From positions 499,079 through 563,078 of the forward strand of contig OY970227.1 in assembly GCA_963714055.1 (NCBI GenBank): DNA of 64,000 nucleotides, given 5' to 3'. The notes beneath the pieces were generated by a model. It was not told where the DNA came from, did no database searches, and saw only the letters and a list, made by a program, of their open reading frames with translations. The stretch's first letter is position 1; every line of letters begins with the position of its first letter. The position numbers and the translations under genes were made by a program. This DNA is from an uncultured Acidimicrobiia bacterium (GTDB lineage Bacteria; Actinomycetota; Acidimicrobiia; Spongiisociales; UBA5794). Shown piece after piece: positions 30,961 through 41,854 of this stretch.

Positions 30961-31116
30961 TCCTCCCGCAGATGGGGCCCCTACCCGTCGCGGGCTGGAC
31001 ATTCCCGCCGAGCCTCCCGCAGATGGGCCCTACCCATCGCGGCTGGACATTCCCGCCGAGCTCCTCCCGCAGATGGGGCCCCTACCCCATCGCGGGCCGT
31101 GACCCGACATCCCCGG
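30961..31116. repeat. MIRU-like tandem repeat array (3 x ~51 bp), same family as 9487-9650 but in the opposite orientation
   Basis: The unit cctcccgcagatggggcccctacccgtcgcgggctggacattcccgccgag is repeated three times (the third copy is degenerate). It matches the reverse complement of the tRNA-adjacent units. Confidence 0.75.
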
Positions 31117-31147
31117 CACAACCGGGCGGCGTCGGTACCCTGGCTCC

Positions 31148-32500
31148 ATGGGCCGGCTCCCTGCCATCCTCGCCCCCGTCGCCCTCGGCCTCTCTCTCAC
31201 CGGCTGCACCGTGGTCGGCGGCGAGACCGCCGCTCCTGCCGCGTCCACCGGGGTACCGACCACCGCCACCCCGACGAGCACCACCACCACCACCACCACC
31301 GACCCTCCGCCGTTGACGACGCTGCCGCCGATCACCACCACGTCGACCTCGACCACCACGACAACGACGATCCCTCTGCGCGACGTCACCGGCACGGTCA
31401 CCGCCGCCGACGGGACGCCCCTCCGGGCGGCGGTGGTGACCGCCACCGGTGACGCCACCGCGGTCACCAATGGGAAGGGCTCGTTCAGCCTCGAGCAGGT
31501 GCCGGTCGGGCCGCTGACGGTGGCCCGCCCCGGCTGGATGCCCCGCGAGGTGAGCTGGCGCGGCAGGCGCTCGCACCTCGACATCGAGCTCGAGCCCCGG
31601 GTGGTTCGCGGGGTGCGGGCGATCCCCGAGGTGGCCGGGGACCGCGAGCAGTTCGAGGCGCTGCTCGACGTGATCCGTGGGACAACGGTCAACGCCCTCG
31701 TCTTCGACACCAAGGACGAGACCGGACGGGTTCGCTACGCCACCGAGGTGCCACGGGCTACGGCACTCGGCGCCGTCGACGAGACGTACGACCCGGTTCG
31801 GGCGGTCCGCTGGGCGCACGACGCCGGGCTCTACGCCATCACCCGGGTGGTCACCTTCGAGGACCAGGTGTGGGCCGACGATCCCGGCGCCCACCTGGCC
31901 GGGTTCTGGGTCAACCCGCGGGACCGGGACAACTGGACGTACCCGATCCGCCTGGCGGTCGAGGCGTGCCGCCTCGGGTTCGACGAGGTCCAGTTCGACT
32001 ACGTCCGCTTCCCGGCGGGGGAGACGGCGACCGCCGCCGAGGAGGCACAGCCGCTCACCGCCGACCTGAGGGTCGAGGCGATCCGCGGCTTCCTCGACCA
32101 GGCCAGGAGCCGCCTGCACCCGATCGGCTGCGCCGTGTCGGCGGCGGTGTTCGGAATAGTGATGTCGTCCGCCGGCGACGAGGGCATCGGGCAGCGGCCC
32201 GAGGAGCTCTCCACCGCCGTCGACGCCCTCAGCCCGATGGTGTACCCCAGCCACTACTCCCCCGGATGGCTCGGGTTCGAGGACCCCAACGAGCATCCCG
32301 CCGAGGTGACCGCCGACGCGCTCGACGACGCCGCGGCCAGGGTCGCCCCGGGCACCCTGATCCGACCCTGGCTGCAGGGCTTCTACTGGAGCCCGCGGGA
32401 GATCGCCGCCGCCATCGCCGAGGCCGAGGCCCGCGGCTTCGGGTGGATCGTGTGGAACGCCGCCGGCAACTACCCGCGGTCGGCCCTGCCCAAGACCTGA
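31148..32500 (+). CDS. lipoprotein with Thr-rich linker and putative glycoside-hydrolase (DUF4015/GHL-like TIM barrel) domain
   Basis: Lipobox LSLTGC, a poly-Thr linker, and conserved FDEVQFDYVRFP and WNAAGNY motifs typical of DUF4015 hydrolases. Confidence 0.6.
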   Translation: MGRLPAILAPVALGLSLTGCTVVGGETAAPAASTGVPTTATPTSTTTTTTTDPPPLTTLPPITTTSTSTTTTTTIPLRDVTGTVTAADGTPLRAAVVTATGDATAVTNGKGSFSLEQVPVGPLTVARPGWMPREVSWRGRRSHLDIELEPRVVRGVRAIPEVAGDREQFEALLDVIRGTTVNALVFDTKDETGRVRYATEVPRATALGAVDETYDPVRAVRWAHDAGLYAITRVVTFEDQVWADDPGAHLAGFWVNPRDRDNWTYPIRLAVEACRLGFDEVQFDYVRFPAGETATAAEEAQPLTADLRVEAIRGFLDQARSRLHPIGCAVSAAVFGIVMSSAGDEGIGQRPEELSTAVDALSPMVYPSHYSPGWLGFEDPNEHPAEVTADALDDAAARVAPGTLIRPWLQGFYWSPREIAAAIAEAEARGFGWIVWNAAGNYPRSALPKT

Positions 32501-32506
32501 GACGAC

Positions 32507-33184
32507 GTGGACGCCACCATCCTGCTGGTCGAGGACGACCCGTCGATCCGGGAGACCACCACGATCGGCCTGGAGCAGGCGGGCTTCCGGGTCGACACCG
32601 CCGCCGACGGGCGGGCCGGGCTGACCGCCTTCCGAAGGCGGCGACCCGACCTGGTGGTTCTCGACATCATGCTTCCGTATGTCGACGGGCTCGAGGTGAT
32701 CCGGGCGATCCGGGCCGAGTCGTCGGTGCCGGTGGTGATGCTCACCGCACGGGCCGAGACGGTCGACGTGGTGGTCGGGTTGGAATCGGGTGCCGACGAC
32801 TACGTCACCAAGCCGTTCGAGATGCCGGTCCTGGTGGCCCGCATCCGGGCGGCGCTGCGCCGCGCCCATCAGTTGGAGCCTGCGGAGACCGTGACGCTGG
32901 GGGACGTCCACGTCGATGTCCTCGGCCACCGCGTGACCCGGGGGGGCGACGAAGTGGCGTTGACCCCGACGGAGTTCCGCCTGCTGGTCGAGCTGGCTCG
33001 GCGGCCCGGCCAGGTGTTCACCCGCGAGATGCTGCTCGAACGGGTGTGGGACATCGGGTACCTGGGCGACTCACGCCTGGTCGACGTCGCCGTGCAGCGG
33101 CTCCGTGCCAAGCTCGAGGTGGCGCCGGGGGCGCCGGCGGTGATCGAGACGGTGCGCGGCGTGGGCTACCGGGCCGCCCGCTGA
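32507..33184 (+). CDS. OmpR-family response regulator (MtrA-like)
   Basis: REC domain plus winged-helix (LTPTEFRLLVELARRPGQVFTREMLLERVW...VDVAVQRLRAKLE). Confidence 0.85.
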   Translation: MDATILLVEDDPSIRETTTIGLEQAGFRVDTAADGRAGLTAFRRRRPDLVVLDIMLPYVDGLEVIRAIRAESSVPVVMLTARAETVDVVVGLESGADDYVTKPFEMPVLVARIRAALRRAHQLEPAETVTLGDVHVDVLGHRVTRGGDEVALTPTEFRLLVELARRPGQVFTREMLLERVWDIGYLGDSRLVDVAVQRLRAKLEVAPGAPAVIETVRGVGYRAAR

Positions 33185-34651
33185 TGCTGGGCAGCTTCCG
33201 GTCCCGGCTGGTGGTCACGGTCATCGCCCTGGTCGCCGTCACCGCGGTGGCGGTGGGAGGTCTCGGGTACCTGCTGGTGGAGCGCTCGTTGCGCACCCAG
33301 CTGGTCGACGACTCGCTGGATCGCACCAGGTTCAACGTCACCGAGCTGGCCACCACCGACGTCCTGCCCGCCGGCGCCGACCGCGAGGACTTCGCCGCCA
33401 GCGGCCTGCTCGACCGCTTCGTGCTGCGGGGCACCGACGGGGTGCTCGTCGACTTCGGCGACGGGGACCCGTTCGCCTCGTCGCTCGCCATGGTCGACAC
33501 CGCGACCCGTCTCTCCCCCGAGTTGGTCGCCCTGGTCGCCGACGGCGAGGTCGGGTACCAGTTCGTGGAGCTCGGCGGCGGTCCGGCACTGCTGGTCGGT
33601 GCCCGTCGCCCCGAGGTCGGTCCCGACTTCTACTTCGAGTACTCCGCCGCCGCCGTCGACGGGGCTCTCGCCGACCTGCGGCGCACGCTGGTGTTGGCCG
33701 GCCTGGTGGTCGCCCTCCTCGGAGCGCTGGTGGCTGGTCTGATCGCCCGCACCGTGCTCCGCCCGGTCGGGGCCGCCTCGCGTGGGGCGCACCTCATGGC
33801 CGGGGGCGACCTCGATGTGCGCCTGGCCGAGGAGGGCGGTGACGAGATGGCCGCCCTGGCGGTGGCGTTCAACGAGATGGCCGCCTCGCTGCAGGAGAAG
33901 ATCGCCGAGCTGGAGGACTCGCGGGCCAGGGAACGCCGCTTCGTCGGCGACGTCTCCCACGAGCTGCGCACCCCGCTGACCGCCCTGGTCAACGAGGTGG
34001 CGCTGGTGGAGCCACACCTCGGGTCGCTCCCCCCGCCCGCCCGCCGCGCCGCCGAGATGCTCGGCGGGGACGTCGCCCGGTTGCGCCGGCTGGTCGACGA
34101 CCTGCTCGAGGTCTCCCGACTCGACAGCGACCACTTCCCCGCGGAGGTGTCGACGATCGACGTCACCGCCTTCCTCGGCGCGGTTGTGGCCGAACGGCTC
34201 CCCGAAGCGGTGCTCTCGGTTTCCAGCCGTCCTCAGGTCACCGCCGACCGGCTCGGGCTGGAACGGGTGGTGGCCAACCTGCTCGACAACGCCAGCGGCT
34301 CACGCCCCTGGGGCGGCGGTCACCGTCGGCGCCTCGATCGACGACGACGTCCTCGTCGTCGAGGTTGCCGACACCGGACCGGGAGTTCCCGACGAGGCGC
34401 TCCCCCACCTCTTCGACCGGTTCTTCATGGTGGACCCCTCCCGGCGGGGTGGCACCGGGCTGGGGCTGTCGATCGCCGCCCGCCACGCCGCCCGCATGGG
34501 CGGAGACCTCACCGCGCACCATGGCCCGGGGGGCCGCGGCATGGTGTTCCGACTCCGCGTCCCTGTTACCACATCGTTACCGGGTGGTGATGGCGGGGCG
34601 ATGCCGGCGGCGGAGAGTGAGGGTGCACGACCCTTCACCGGAGGCACCTGA
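33184..34651 (+). CDS. sensor histidine kinase (MtrB-like: 2 TM, HAMP, HisKA, HATPase_c) with apparent frameshift (~34292)
   Basis: HAMP (FNEMAASLQEKIAELE) and H-box (RRFVGDVSHELRTPLTAL) in one frame. The G1/G2 ATP-lid (VEVADTGPGVPDEALPHLFDRFF...GGTGLGLSI) sits in the +1 frame. Confidence 0.7.
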
Positions 34652-36135
34652 TGCGCCGCACAACGCTCTACCGCACACTCACTGCCACGATCGCCCTCGC
34701 CACGGCCCTCGTCGCCTGCGGCGGCAGCGACGTGGGCAGCGGCGGCACGGTGGGCTCACCAGGAGTCGACGCCACGACGACCTCGCCACCGTCCGTCGGC
34801 GACACGACGACCACGACGTCCGGTGGCGGCGAGTCGAGCACCACCACGACCGCGCTCGGGGTGCCGACGACCGAGCCGCCCGCCGAGGCGACCGAGGTGT
34901 TCGTCGACGTCTACTTCGTCGCCGACGGCACCTACGCCGCCACGGTCACCCGCGCGGTGGAGACTCCTTCGATCGCCGCCAACGCCATCCGCTCGCTCAT
35001 CGCCGGTCCTACTGCCGCCGAGGAGGGGTCGGGGCTGTCCAGCGCAGTCCCCACCGACACGCTGCTGCTCGGGCTGGACATCGACGACGGGCTCGCCACC
35101 ATCGACCTGTCCCGCGAGTTCGAGGCGGGCGGCGGCAGCTTCTCGATGACCAGCCGGCTGGCCCAGGTGGTCTACACCCTGACTCAGTTCGAGTCGATCG
35201 ACCGCGTCGACTTCCGGCTCGACGGCGAGCAGGTCTTGGTGTTCTCCAGCGAAGGCATCTTCCTCGACCATCCCCCCGTCGAGAACGGCGACTTCTTCTC
35301 GGTGCTGCCCATCGGACCGGCTGGTGGCGCCCCTGACGGGGCCGAGATCTGGACCCAGGACGAGCTCCCCCCGACCAGCGGTATCGCCAGCGCCCAGCTC
35401 GGCCGAGTGGTGTTGGTCGCCGACGACGACACGCTGAACGTTCGCACCGGCGCCGGGGTGGACAATCCTGTGATCGGCGAGATCATCCCCGGCGCCGTGG
35501 TCCACCGGCTGGGCGAGACCGAAGTGGTCGGGTCGTCGGTGTGGGCCGAGATCGCCACGCCTACCGGCACCGGGTGGGTCAACGCCACCTACCTGGGCGC
35601 CATCGTCGGGGCCGCCGCCTTCGCTGCCGACGACCGGGTGGCCGTCCTGCTCGACGACTTCGCCGCCGCCATCGCCGCCGACGGCGACATCCGCCCGATG
35701 GTGTCGGCGAGAGGTCTGTACGTGGCGCACCACGCCGACCCGATCCACTTCACCCGGTCCGAGCTGGACGGCATCCTGACCGACCCCACCACCTACAAGT
35801 GGCCGTCGGCGGCCCTCGACGAGTCCGACCCGGCCCAACTGGCGGAGATCCCGAGCCGCACCTTCGCCGAGGCGATCACCGACCGCTGGCTGGACGTCTA
35901 CGACGACCCCGACCGGGTGCTCATGTTCAACCAGCCGGTGTCCGGCGGCAACGGGCGGCTCCCCGAGTTCGCCATCCCCTACGAGCTCGGCGGGTTCAAC
36001 TATGCCGGCCTGTACGACCCGGGCGACGACCCCCAGTACGGCGGGCTCGACTGGAACACCTGGTACGTGTCGGTCGACTACGAAGACGGCAAGCCGAGGA
36101 TCGTCGCCCTCACCGTCGACGAATGGTCACCTTGA
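34651..36135 (+). CDS. LpqB-like lipoprotein (GerMN domain + bacterial SH3 domain + C-terminal domain)
   Basis: Lipobox LVACGG, then a GerMN motif run (VDVYFVADG...IDLSREF...RLAQVVYTLTQF) and an SH3b-like segment (VVLVADDDTLNVRTGAG...GTGWV). It sits in the mtrA-mtrB-lpqB synteny position. Confidence 0.65.
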   Translation: MRRTTLYRTLTATIALATALVACGGSDVGSGGTVGSPGVDATTTSPPSVGDTTTTTSGGGESSTTTTALGVPTTEPPAEATEVFVDVYFVADGTYAATVTRAVETPSIAANAIRSLIAGPTAAEEGSGLSSAVPTDTLLLGLDIDDGLATIDLSREFEAGGGSFSMTSRLAQVVYTLTQFESIDRVDFRLDGEQVLVFSSEGIFLDHPPVENGDFFSVLPIGPAGGAPDGAEIWTQDELPPTSGIASAQLGRVVLVADDDTLNVRTGAGVDNPVIGEIIPGAVVHRLGETEVVGSSVWAEIATPTGTGWVNATYLGAIVGAAAFAADDRVAVLLDDFAAAIAADGDIRPMVSARGLYVAHHADPIHFTRSELDGILTDPTTYKWPSAALDESDPAQLAEIPSRTFAEAITDRWLDVYDDPDRVLMFNQPVSGGNGRLPEFAIPYELGGFNYAGLYDPGDDPQYGGLDWNTWYVSVDYEDGKPRIVALTVDEWSP

Positions 36136-36171
36136 CTTCTCGCTCGAGCGCCTTGGGCGGCCGCGCCCTGC

Positions 36172-36218
36172 AACTTTGAGCGAGTGACGCCATGTGGTGT
36201 GTTCACTCGCTCAAAGTT
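36172..36218. terminator. AT-rich perfect 16-bp inverted repeat (bidirectional terminator-like hairpin) between convergent genes
   Basis: AACTTTGAGCGAGTGA-N14-TCACTCGCTCAAAGTT. It is unusually AT-rich for this genome and lies between the LpqB-like stop and a minus-strand small ORF stop. Confidence 0.4.
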
Positions 36219-36257
36219 CGCGGCTTGAGCTCAGGTTCCGCCCCGGAAGCGTACCGG

Positions 36258-36470
36258 TCAATCCCAGCGGCGCTCCTCGGCGTCGGCCTGCTCGTTGCGA
36301 CGGCGGACGGTGTCGAGGGCGCGTTCCGCCGCCGCCAGGTCCGAGTAGGGCCCGAGCAGGTTCCGCAGCGGGCATCGCTCGTCACCGGACTCGACCCGGT
36401 CGTGCTCGACGCACCAGTAGAACCTCTGGTCGGCATCGGGGAGGTCGCCGCCGGAGTCGTTCACGGCCTC
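36258..36470 (-). CDS. small hypothetical Cys-containing protein
   Basis: Only the C-terminal ~70 aa look protein-like (RFYWCVEHDRVESGDERCPLRNLLGPYSDL...). The start is uncertain (GTG). Confidence 0.3.
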   Translation of the reverse strand, partial: EAVNDSGGDLPDADQRFYWCVEHDRVESGDERCPLRNLLGPYSDLAAAERALDTVRRRNEQADAEERRWD

Positions 36471-38882
36471 ACCGCGACACCCAGCTCGTCGAGCTTGGCC
36501 CTCACGTCGGGATCGGACAGATGGCCCATGTGCCCCTTGGGCTCGGGGCAGCCGGTACGGGCCGGCCGGGGATCGGGGAGGCAGACGTCGGTGGGAGGGA
36601 GGCCGATCCGCTCGTCCGGCCCGGTGAACAGGGGCCCGCCGATCGGGTCCGTCAGCCGGAACACGTTCCACCAGCGTTCCCCACCCCCGCCGTCATCCCA
36701 GGACGAGGCCACCCCGGCGGCGAGCCCGCCGCCGAACACCCCGGGCCAGAAGCGGCGGTAGTACCGGCCGACCGGAGACCCGTGGGTGAGAGCCGCCAAG
36801 CGGTGCGGGTCGACGCCGTTCAGCTGTAGGGCGCACGCCAGCGACAGCACCGCCCCCTGGCTGTGGCCGACGATCACCACTCCCTTTCCCTCTGATTCCA
36901 CCAGGGTGGTGATGTGACCGACCAGCTCCGGGATGGCACGCTCGGCGTAGGCCGGTGGCGCCAGGGGGTGGAAGCGGCGTGGCCAGAACGTGCCGACGTC
37001 CCACACCACGCGCGACGATGCGCCGGATGGCGGGGAAGCGGAACGCTGCCACCAGGATGGCGAAGGCGACGACGGGGAGCGCCACGCCCAGGACCGCGCC
37101 GGCGGTCGCCAGCCAGCTCCACGACCGGGGCCACGGGTTCTCGGCGAGGGCGAAGTGCACACGGTCGAGCGACCACAGGTCCATCGCCGGTCGGCCGGCA
37201 CGGATCACGCCGACGAGGAGGGCCGATGCGGCCACCCACACCACCACGGTGATGAGGACGTCGACGCTCCCGGCCAGGTCGGACACCGCCCGCCGTCTTC
37301 CCGCCTTGGTCGCCATCACGGTGCGGCACGGCTCCGCCTGACCCCAGTACTCCTTGGTGACCCGGGAGACCGGCCACGCTTCCCAGCGGCGGAACAGGAG
37401 GTACACCACCGCCCCAAGCGCAGCGGCGATGACGGCGCCGGTGAACACCGCGGTCACCCAGGCATACCCGGTCGGCAGCATGTCATCCCCCCGCCACCGG
37501 TCGACGACCCAGCTCAGCCCGCTGCCGGTGACCGAAAGCAACAGCAGCGACAGGGCACTGACCGTGGTCACCGGGAGCCAGCGGTAGCGGTCTCGCCGCC
37601 CGGTCTCGGCGATGGCGGTGACCAGGAAGGCGGCGGTGGCTGCCGCCACCCCGAGCCACCAGACGTCGTTGGCGGCGGCGGCGAGCAGCCCGGTGGCTGC
37701 CGCGGCGAGCGCGCAGAGAACCCCGGCGGTGGTGCGTCGGCTGGCCAGCACGACCACCCCGGCAGGCAGGAGGACGACGAGCACCCCGACGACGTAGGCC
37801 CAGGCCCCGGGCGGGGTGAGGGTGCCATCCGCCAGCCACACGACGAGGACCACGGCGACCAGCCCGGCGAGGACGGCGAGGAGACGGAAGCGACCGGCAG
37901 TCAGTCCGTTGGACCACACCACGACTCCCCCACCCCGCCGGCGCCAGGCGAGGCACTCGACCACGGCGAGGGTCGCCACCACCAACCCCGACACCAGCAG
38001 GGCCCAGAGCGGTGCCGTGCCCCACAGGTCGTCGAACGAGGTCGTCGGCTGCGGCAGGTCCGCCGACCAGGCGACGGCGATCGAAGCGGCGACGACGAGC
38101 GCACCGGCCACTGCCAGCGAGGTGGCGACACGCCCCCATCGGCGGGCCAAGCCGACCACCATCGCCGTCGAGCCCACCAGACCGGCGGCGACAGCCACCC
38201 CGAGAGGGAGCGCCTCGTCGGTGGCCCGCCACACCGAGTACGCCGGCAGGAAGGCGACGGCGGCGGCGGCGAGGCCGAGCTCACCTCGGCGCAGCGCCTT
38301 GAGCACGGGGGCGGTCTGCCAGAACTCGGGGTCGGCGAGCCCCAGGTCGTCGTCGGCGACGGCATCGACCTCATCAGCACCGTCGGGGGCACCGAACTCC
38401 TCGTACCGGCGGCTGCGGATGGTGGCGACGGCGACGACGGCCAGTGCCAATGTGGCGACGCCTGCGGCGAGGGCCAGCCGGCGGCTCAACGGCTCGTCGG
38501 CCAGCGCGGCGAAGGCCAGGGAGGCGATCCAGACCATGAGCAGCACGGTCTGGAGGTAGGCGACGACGCGGACCAGACCTCGCTGCGCCGCCGTCGCCCG
38601 CGGGCCGGCGGCGGGATCGACCATCCAGCCGGCCACGTTGACCACGGTGAACGGGAGGAGGAACACCCAGAGTGCCCTGGTGGCGTTACGCGCCGAGAAC
38701 CCGCCCCACGAGTAGACCTGCCGGGAGCGCGGCGGGTCGCCAACAGGCTCGGGGTCTTCCCAGAACCCGGCGATGTCGTCTGCGGCATCGCCGATCGCCA
38801 CCACGTCCTCACCGAGTTGGTCTCGGGCGCTGCCCCCGCCGACCCCGTGGATGCGGAGCTCGACGACTTCGGGCCGGGCCAC
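36461..38882 (-). CDS. large polytopic membrane protein (~14 TM) with C-terminal alpha/beta-hydrolase (esterase/lipase, GHSQG) domain; apparent frameshift (~37020)
   Basis: A GTG start overlaps the upstream dienelactone-hydrolase stop as TAGTG. A long Ala/Val/Leu-rich TM region follows. The C-terminus (VVWDVGTFWPRRFHPLAPPAYAER...VVIVGHSQGAVLSLACA) is in the adjacent frame. Confidence 0.55.
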
Positions 38883-39680
38883 TAGGTGGTCCCCAGGTGC
38901 TCGAGCAGGAACGCCCGCACCACCGTCGCGGGCCCCCGGGGCTCGGTCGGCGTGATCGGTCAACACGGCGTGCGAGTCGGGAGGGCCGGGGATGTCCTTC
39001 GCCGGGGGCTGGGGCGAATACCGGGTGAAGCGGCCACCGCCGGCGGCGTACACGTCTTCGATGCGGTCGAGGCGGGCGCCCGTGCACATGGTGTCATCGG
39101 AGAACCGGAGCCCGAGCACCGGGGTGCCGGTGGCCACCGCCTGCTCCACCCGGCTCTGGCGGTCGCCCAGCTCGGCGGCGCTCACCTGCTTTGCCCTGGG
39201 GCGCAGCGGGACGCTGGGCTGGCTGGCAACGGCGGCGCCGACGCTTGGGTCGAGCACCAACGAGAAGACCAAGCCGCCGGTGAGGCACATTCCGATGACG
39301 CCGACGGTGCCCGGCGTCCCCTCGGCGACGTGGCGGCACAGGGCCCGCAGCCAACCGCTTATCGGGCTCGACCGGCCGGCGCTGAGCATGGCGAACTCTC
39401 GGCGTATGCAGATGAATCGGGCCTTGCGCAGCGGGTCCTTCGTCCCGGTGACCGTGCCGTCGAGGACCTGCCCGGGATACCCGTGGAGGACCGGGATGTG
39501 GACCTGGAAGTCGCCGGCGAGGGCGTCGGCGAAGTCGAGGCAGGCCCGACTGACGCCACCTACCTCGTGGAGCAGGACGACGCGGGGCCCGGGGCCGTCG
39601 ATCAGCAGCACATCGCGGGTCAGCCCGTCATAGGTGAACGGATATTCGCGAGGTGCTGGCAATGTTTCCGCTCCGGTTCC
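38883..39680 (-). CDS. dienelactone hydrolase family protein with apparent C-terminal frameshift (~38945)
   Basis: EYPFTYDGLTRDVLLIDGPGPRVVLLHEVGGVSRACLDFADALAGDFQVHIPVL is the DLH core. The genuine C-terminal helix (ATVVRAFLLEHLGTT, then stop) is in the +1 frame. The start within the track ORF is uncertain. Confidence 0.5.
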
Positions 39681-39789
39681 GGCTGACGACGGCGGGCCGG
39701 GCGATGCTACCGAGCGGCCTTGGCCACTCCCCGTCTTTCGAGCGGAGTCACCTCGCTGCCGGCGACACCGGGGGCTGCCGGCGACCTGC

Positions 39790-40710
39790 CTAGGAGGCCG
39801 GGGCGTAGACGAGCACCCCATCGGCGGGCTTGGGGCCGATGTCATACCGCTCGACAACCGCTTCGGACATGTCGGCGAAGTCGGAGGCCCTCTTGAAGTC
39901 ACGCAGCGACGTGCCCGTCGAGGCGTTGTCGATGTTGTGCGCCCCGACTCCGTCGATCACGTCGTCGAGGTTCACGGTGCGGAAGTCGATGCTGTACCGG
40001 GTGTATCCAGAGGTGTTGGGCACGGTGGAGTGGAGTTGCGCACCGGAGAACAGCACGATGCCGCCGGGCGGGACCACGAAGCGCACCTGCGGGTTTGGGT
40101 CGAAGTCCTCACGTGGGATGGGCTGCTCGCGGGTGTCGCTGGTGATCTGCGATGCAGCCTGGGCTCGGCCGACGGCGTTCCACTCGTAGTAGTTGAAGTC
40201 GGCGGAGCCGTTCATCACCGGCTGGTCCCACCCGCGGGGATGGAAGGCCATCGAGCACTCGGTCTCGAACTCGTAGACGGGCAGCCACCAGTTGAGCTGG
40301 GCGTGGGGCGCCGACCACCACACGTCTCGGTGCAGGGGGTGGGCGTAGCCCACCCCTGCGGTCAGGTAGGAGTCGCTGGTGACCATGCGCAGCCTCGGCA
40401 CGTCCTGGTAGGTGCGGTCGAGGTCGCAGCCGAGCTCGGTGAGCACGGCCCGGATGAGCCGCTTGGTCTTGGCGTTGTGGATGAACGCCGGCTTCAGCGG
40501 GGCGACGACGTCGACGTACTCCTCCACCGTCATGTCGAACTGGGCATATCGGGGATCCTTCCCCGGGAACGCCGCCTCGATCATGTGCCGGGCATGGGCG
40601 ATCAGCGCTCGGGTGCTCCGGCGGGGCGTGAACACGAAGATCTGCCCGTCGTAGACGCGGTGCCGCCTGGCGGCGTCGTCCATTTCGGAGTCGATGTAGA
40701 CCGTGTGCAT
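39790..40710 (-). CDS. phytanoyl-CoA dioxygenase (PhyH) family Fe(II)/2OG oxygenase
   Basis: Start MHTVYIDSEMDD with a GGGGGAAG RBS. HRD (HxD) motif, a distal His and RYSIDFR (2OG Arg). Confidence 0.7.
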   Translation of the reverse strand: MHTVYIDSEMDDAARRHRVYDGQIFVFTPRRSTRALIAHARHMIEAAFPGKDPRYAQFDMTVEEYVDVVAPLKPAFIHNAKTKRLIRAVLTELGCDLDRTYQDVPRLRMVTSDSYLTAGVGYAHPLHRDVWWSAPHAQLNWWLPVYEFETECSMAFHPRGWDQPVMNGSADFNYYEWNAVGRAQAASQITSDTREQPIPREDFDPNPQVRFVVPPGGIVLFSGAQLHSTVPNTSGYTRYSIDFRTVNLDDVIDGVGAHNIDNASTGTSLRDFKRASDFADMSEAVVERYDIGPKPADGVLVYAPAS

Positions 40711-40829
40711 CGCAGACTTCCCCCGATGAACCTGGCTCTGTTCCCCTGAGCTACATGGCAATCGTAACGGAGCGACCGGATACGCTGGATGGGTCGATCG
40801 ACCCTTTGGGAAGCGGGACGGCGACCCTG

Positions 40830-41743
40830 TCACGGCGTGATCACCAGCTTGCCGACGACACGGCGGCCGGCAAGCCGGGCGAGCACCTCCGGCTCCGTCG
40901 TCGAGCCCGAACCGACCGGTGATCGTCGGGGCGACCCTCCCCTGCTCCCACCACTCGGTGAGCGTGGCGAAGTGGGCCCGATTGGCCTCGGGCTCCAGCT
41001 GGGCGAAGCGACCCCAGAACACGCCCACGAGAGAGGCGCCCTTCAGCAGCGGCAGGTTCGCCGGGATGGCCGGGATGGCCCCGGCGGCGAAGCCGACCAC
41101 CAGCAGCCTTCCGCCCCAGGACAGGCTGCGGAAGGCGATCTCGGTGGCATCGCCACCCACCGGATCGAACACCACATCGACCCCGTCCGGGGCGGCGGCC
41201 CGGAGCGCGTCGCGCAGGTCGTCGCGGTCATGGCGCACCACGGCGTCCGCCCCGGCAGCGGTGGCCGCCCGCTGCTTGTCGTCGGACCCCACGACGGCGA
41301 CCACACGCGCGCCGAGGGCTCTTCCCACCTGCACCGCCGCCAGCCCGACGCCGCCGGCGCCGCCCAGCACCACCAGGGTCTCGCCGGGGGTCAAGCCGCC
41401 CCGGTCGACGAGGGCGTGGATGGCGGTGCCGTAGACGACAGGGAGCACCGCCCCGACCTCGAACGGCATCCCCGGCGGCATCGGGAAGACGTTGGCGGCA
41501 TCCGCCACCACCCGTTCCGCCCACCCGCCGTGGGGGACGAACGCCATCACCCGCTGCCCCGGCCGAGAACCCGTCGCCCGAGGCGACGGTCCCCGCCACC
41601 TCGAGGCCGGGAGCGAACGGGGGCTCGGGCCGGAACTGGTACTGCCCGCGGACCATGAGCACGTCCGGGAAGTTGGCCCCGGAGGCGGCGACGACGATCT
41701 CCACCTGACCGGGCGCCGCCACCGGCTCGGGCAGCTCGCCCAC
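40830..41743 (-). CDS. NADPH:quinone oxidoreductase (MDR/Qor) with two apparent frameshifts (~41575, ~40900)
   Basis: N-terminus MGELPEPVAAPGQVEIVVAASGANFPDVLMVRGQYQ. Middle GGAGGVGLAAVQVGRALGARVV (Rossmann fold). C-terminus EVLARLAGRRVVGKLVITP, then stop. Each segment lies in a different frame. Confidence 0.7.
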
Positions 41744-41854
41744 GCCGCACCAACGGCGGGTCGCCGACCTGGTCGCACACCACCGCTCTCATCGGCGGGC
41801 AGCGTAACCTCCGGCCGGCACGTCCCGCTTTCATCGAACACTCGACGCGGGACT

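Noticed and set aside
36693-39902. A single 1069-aa fusion protein (dienelactone hydrolase + membrane protein) as given by the ORF track.
   Set aside because: The dienelactone hydrolase has its own conserved C-terminus and stop in the +1 frame, ending in a TAGTG overlap with a GTG start. Two genes are more parsimonious than one fusion.
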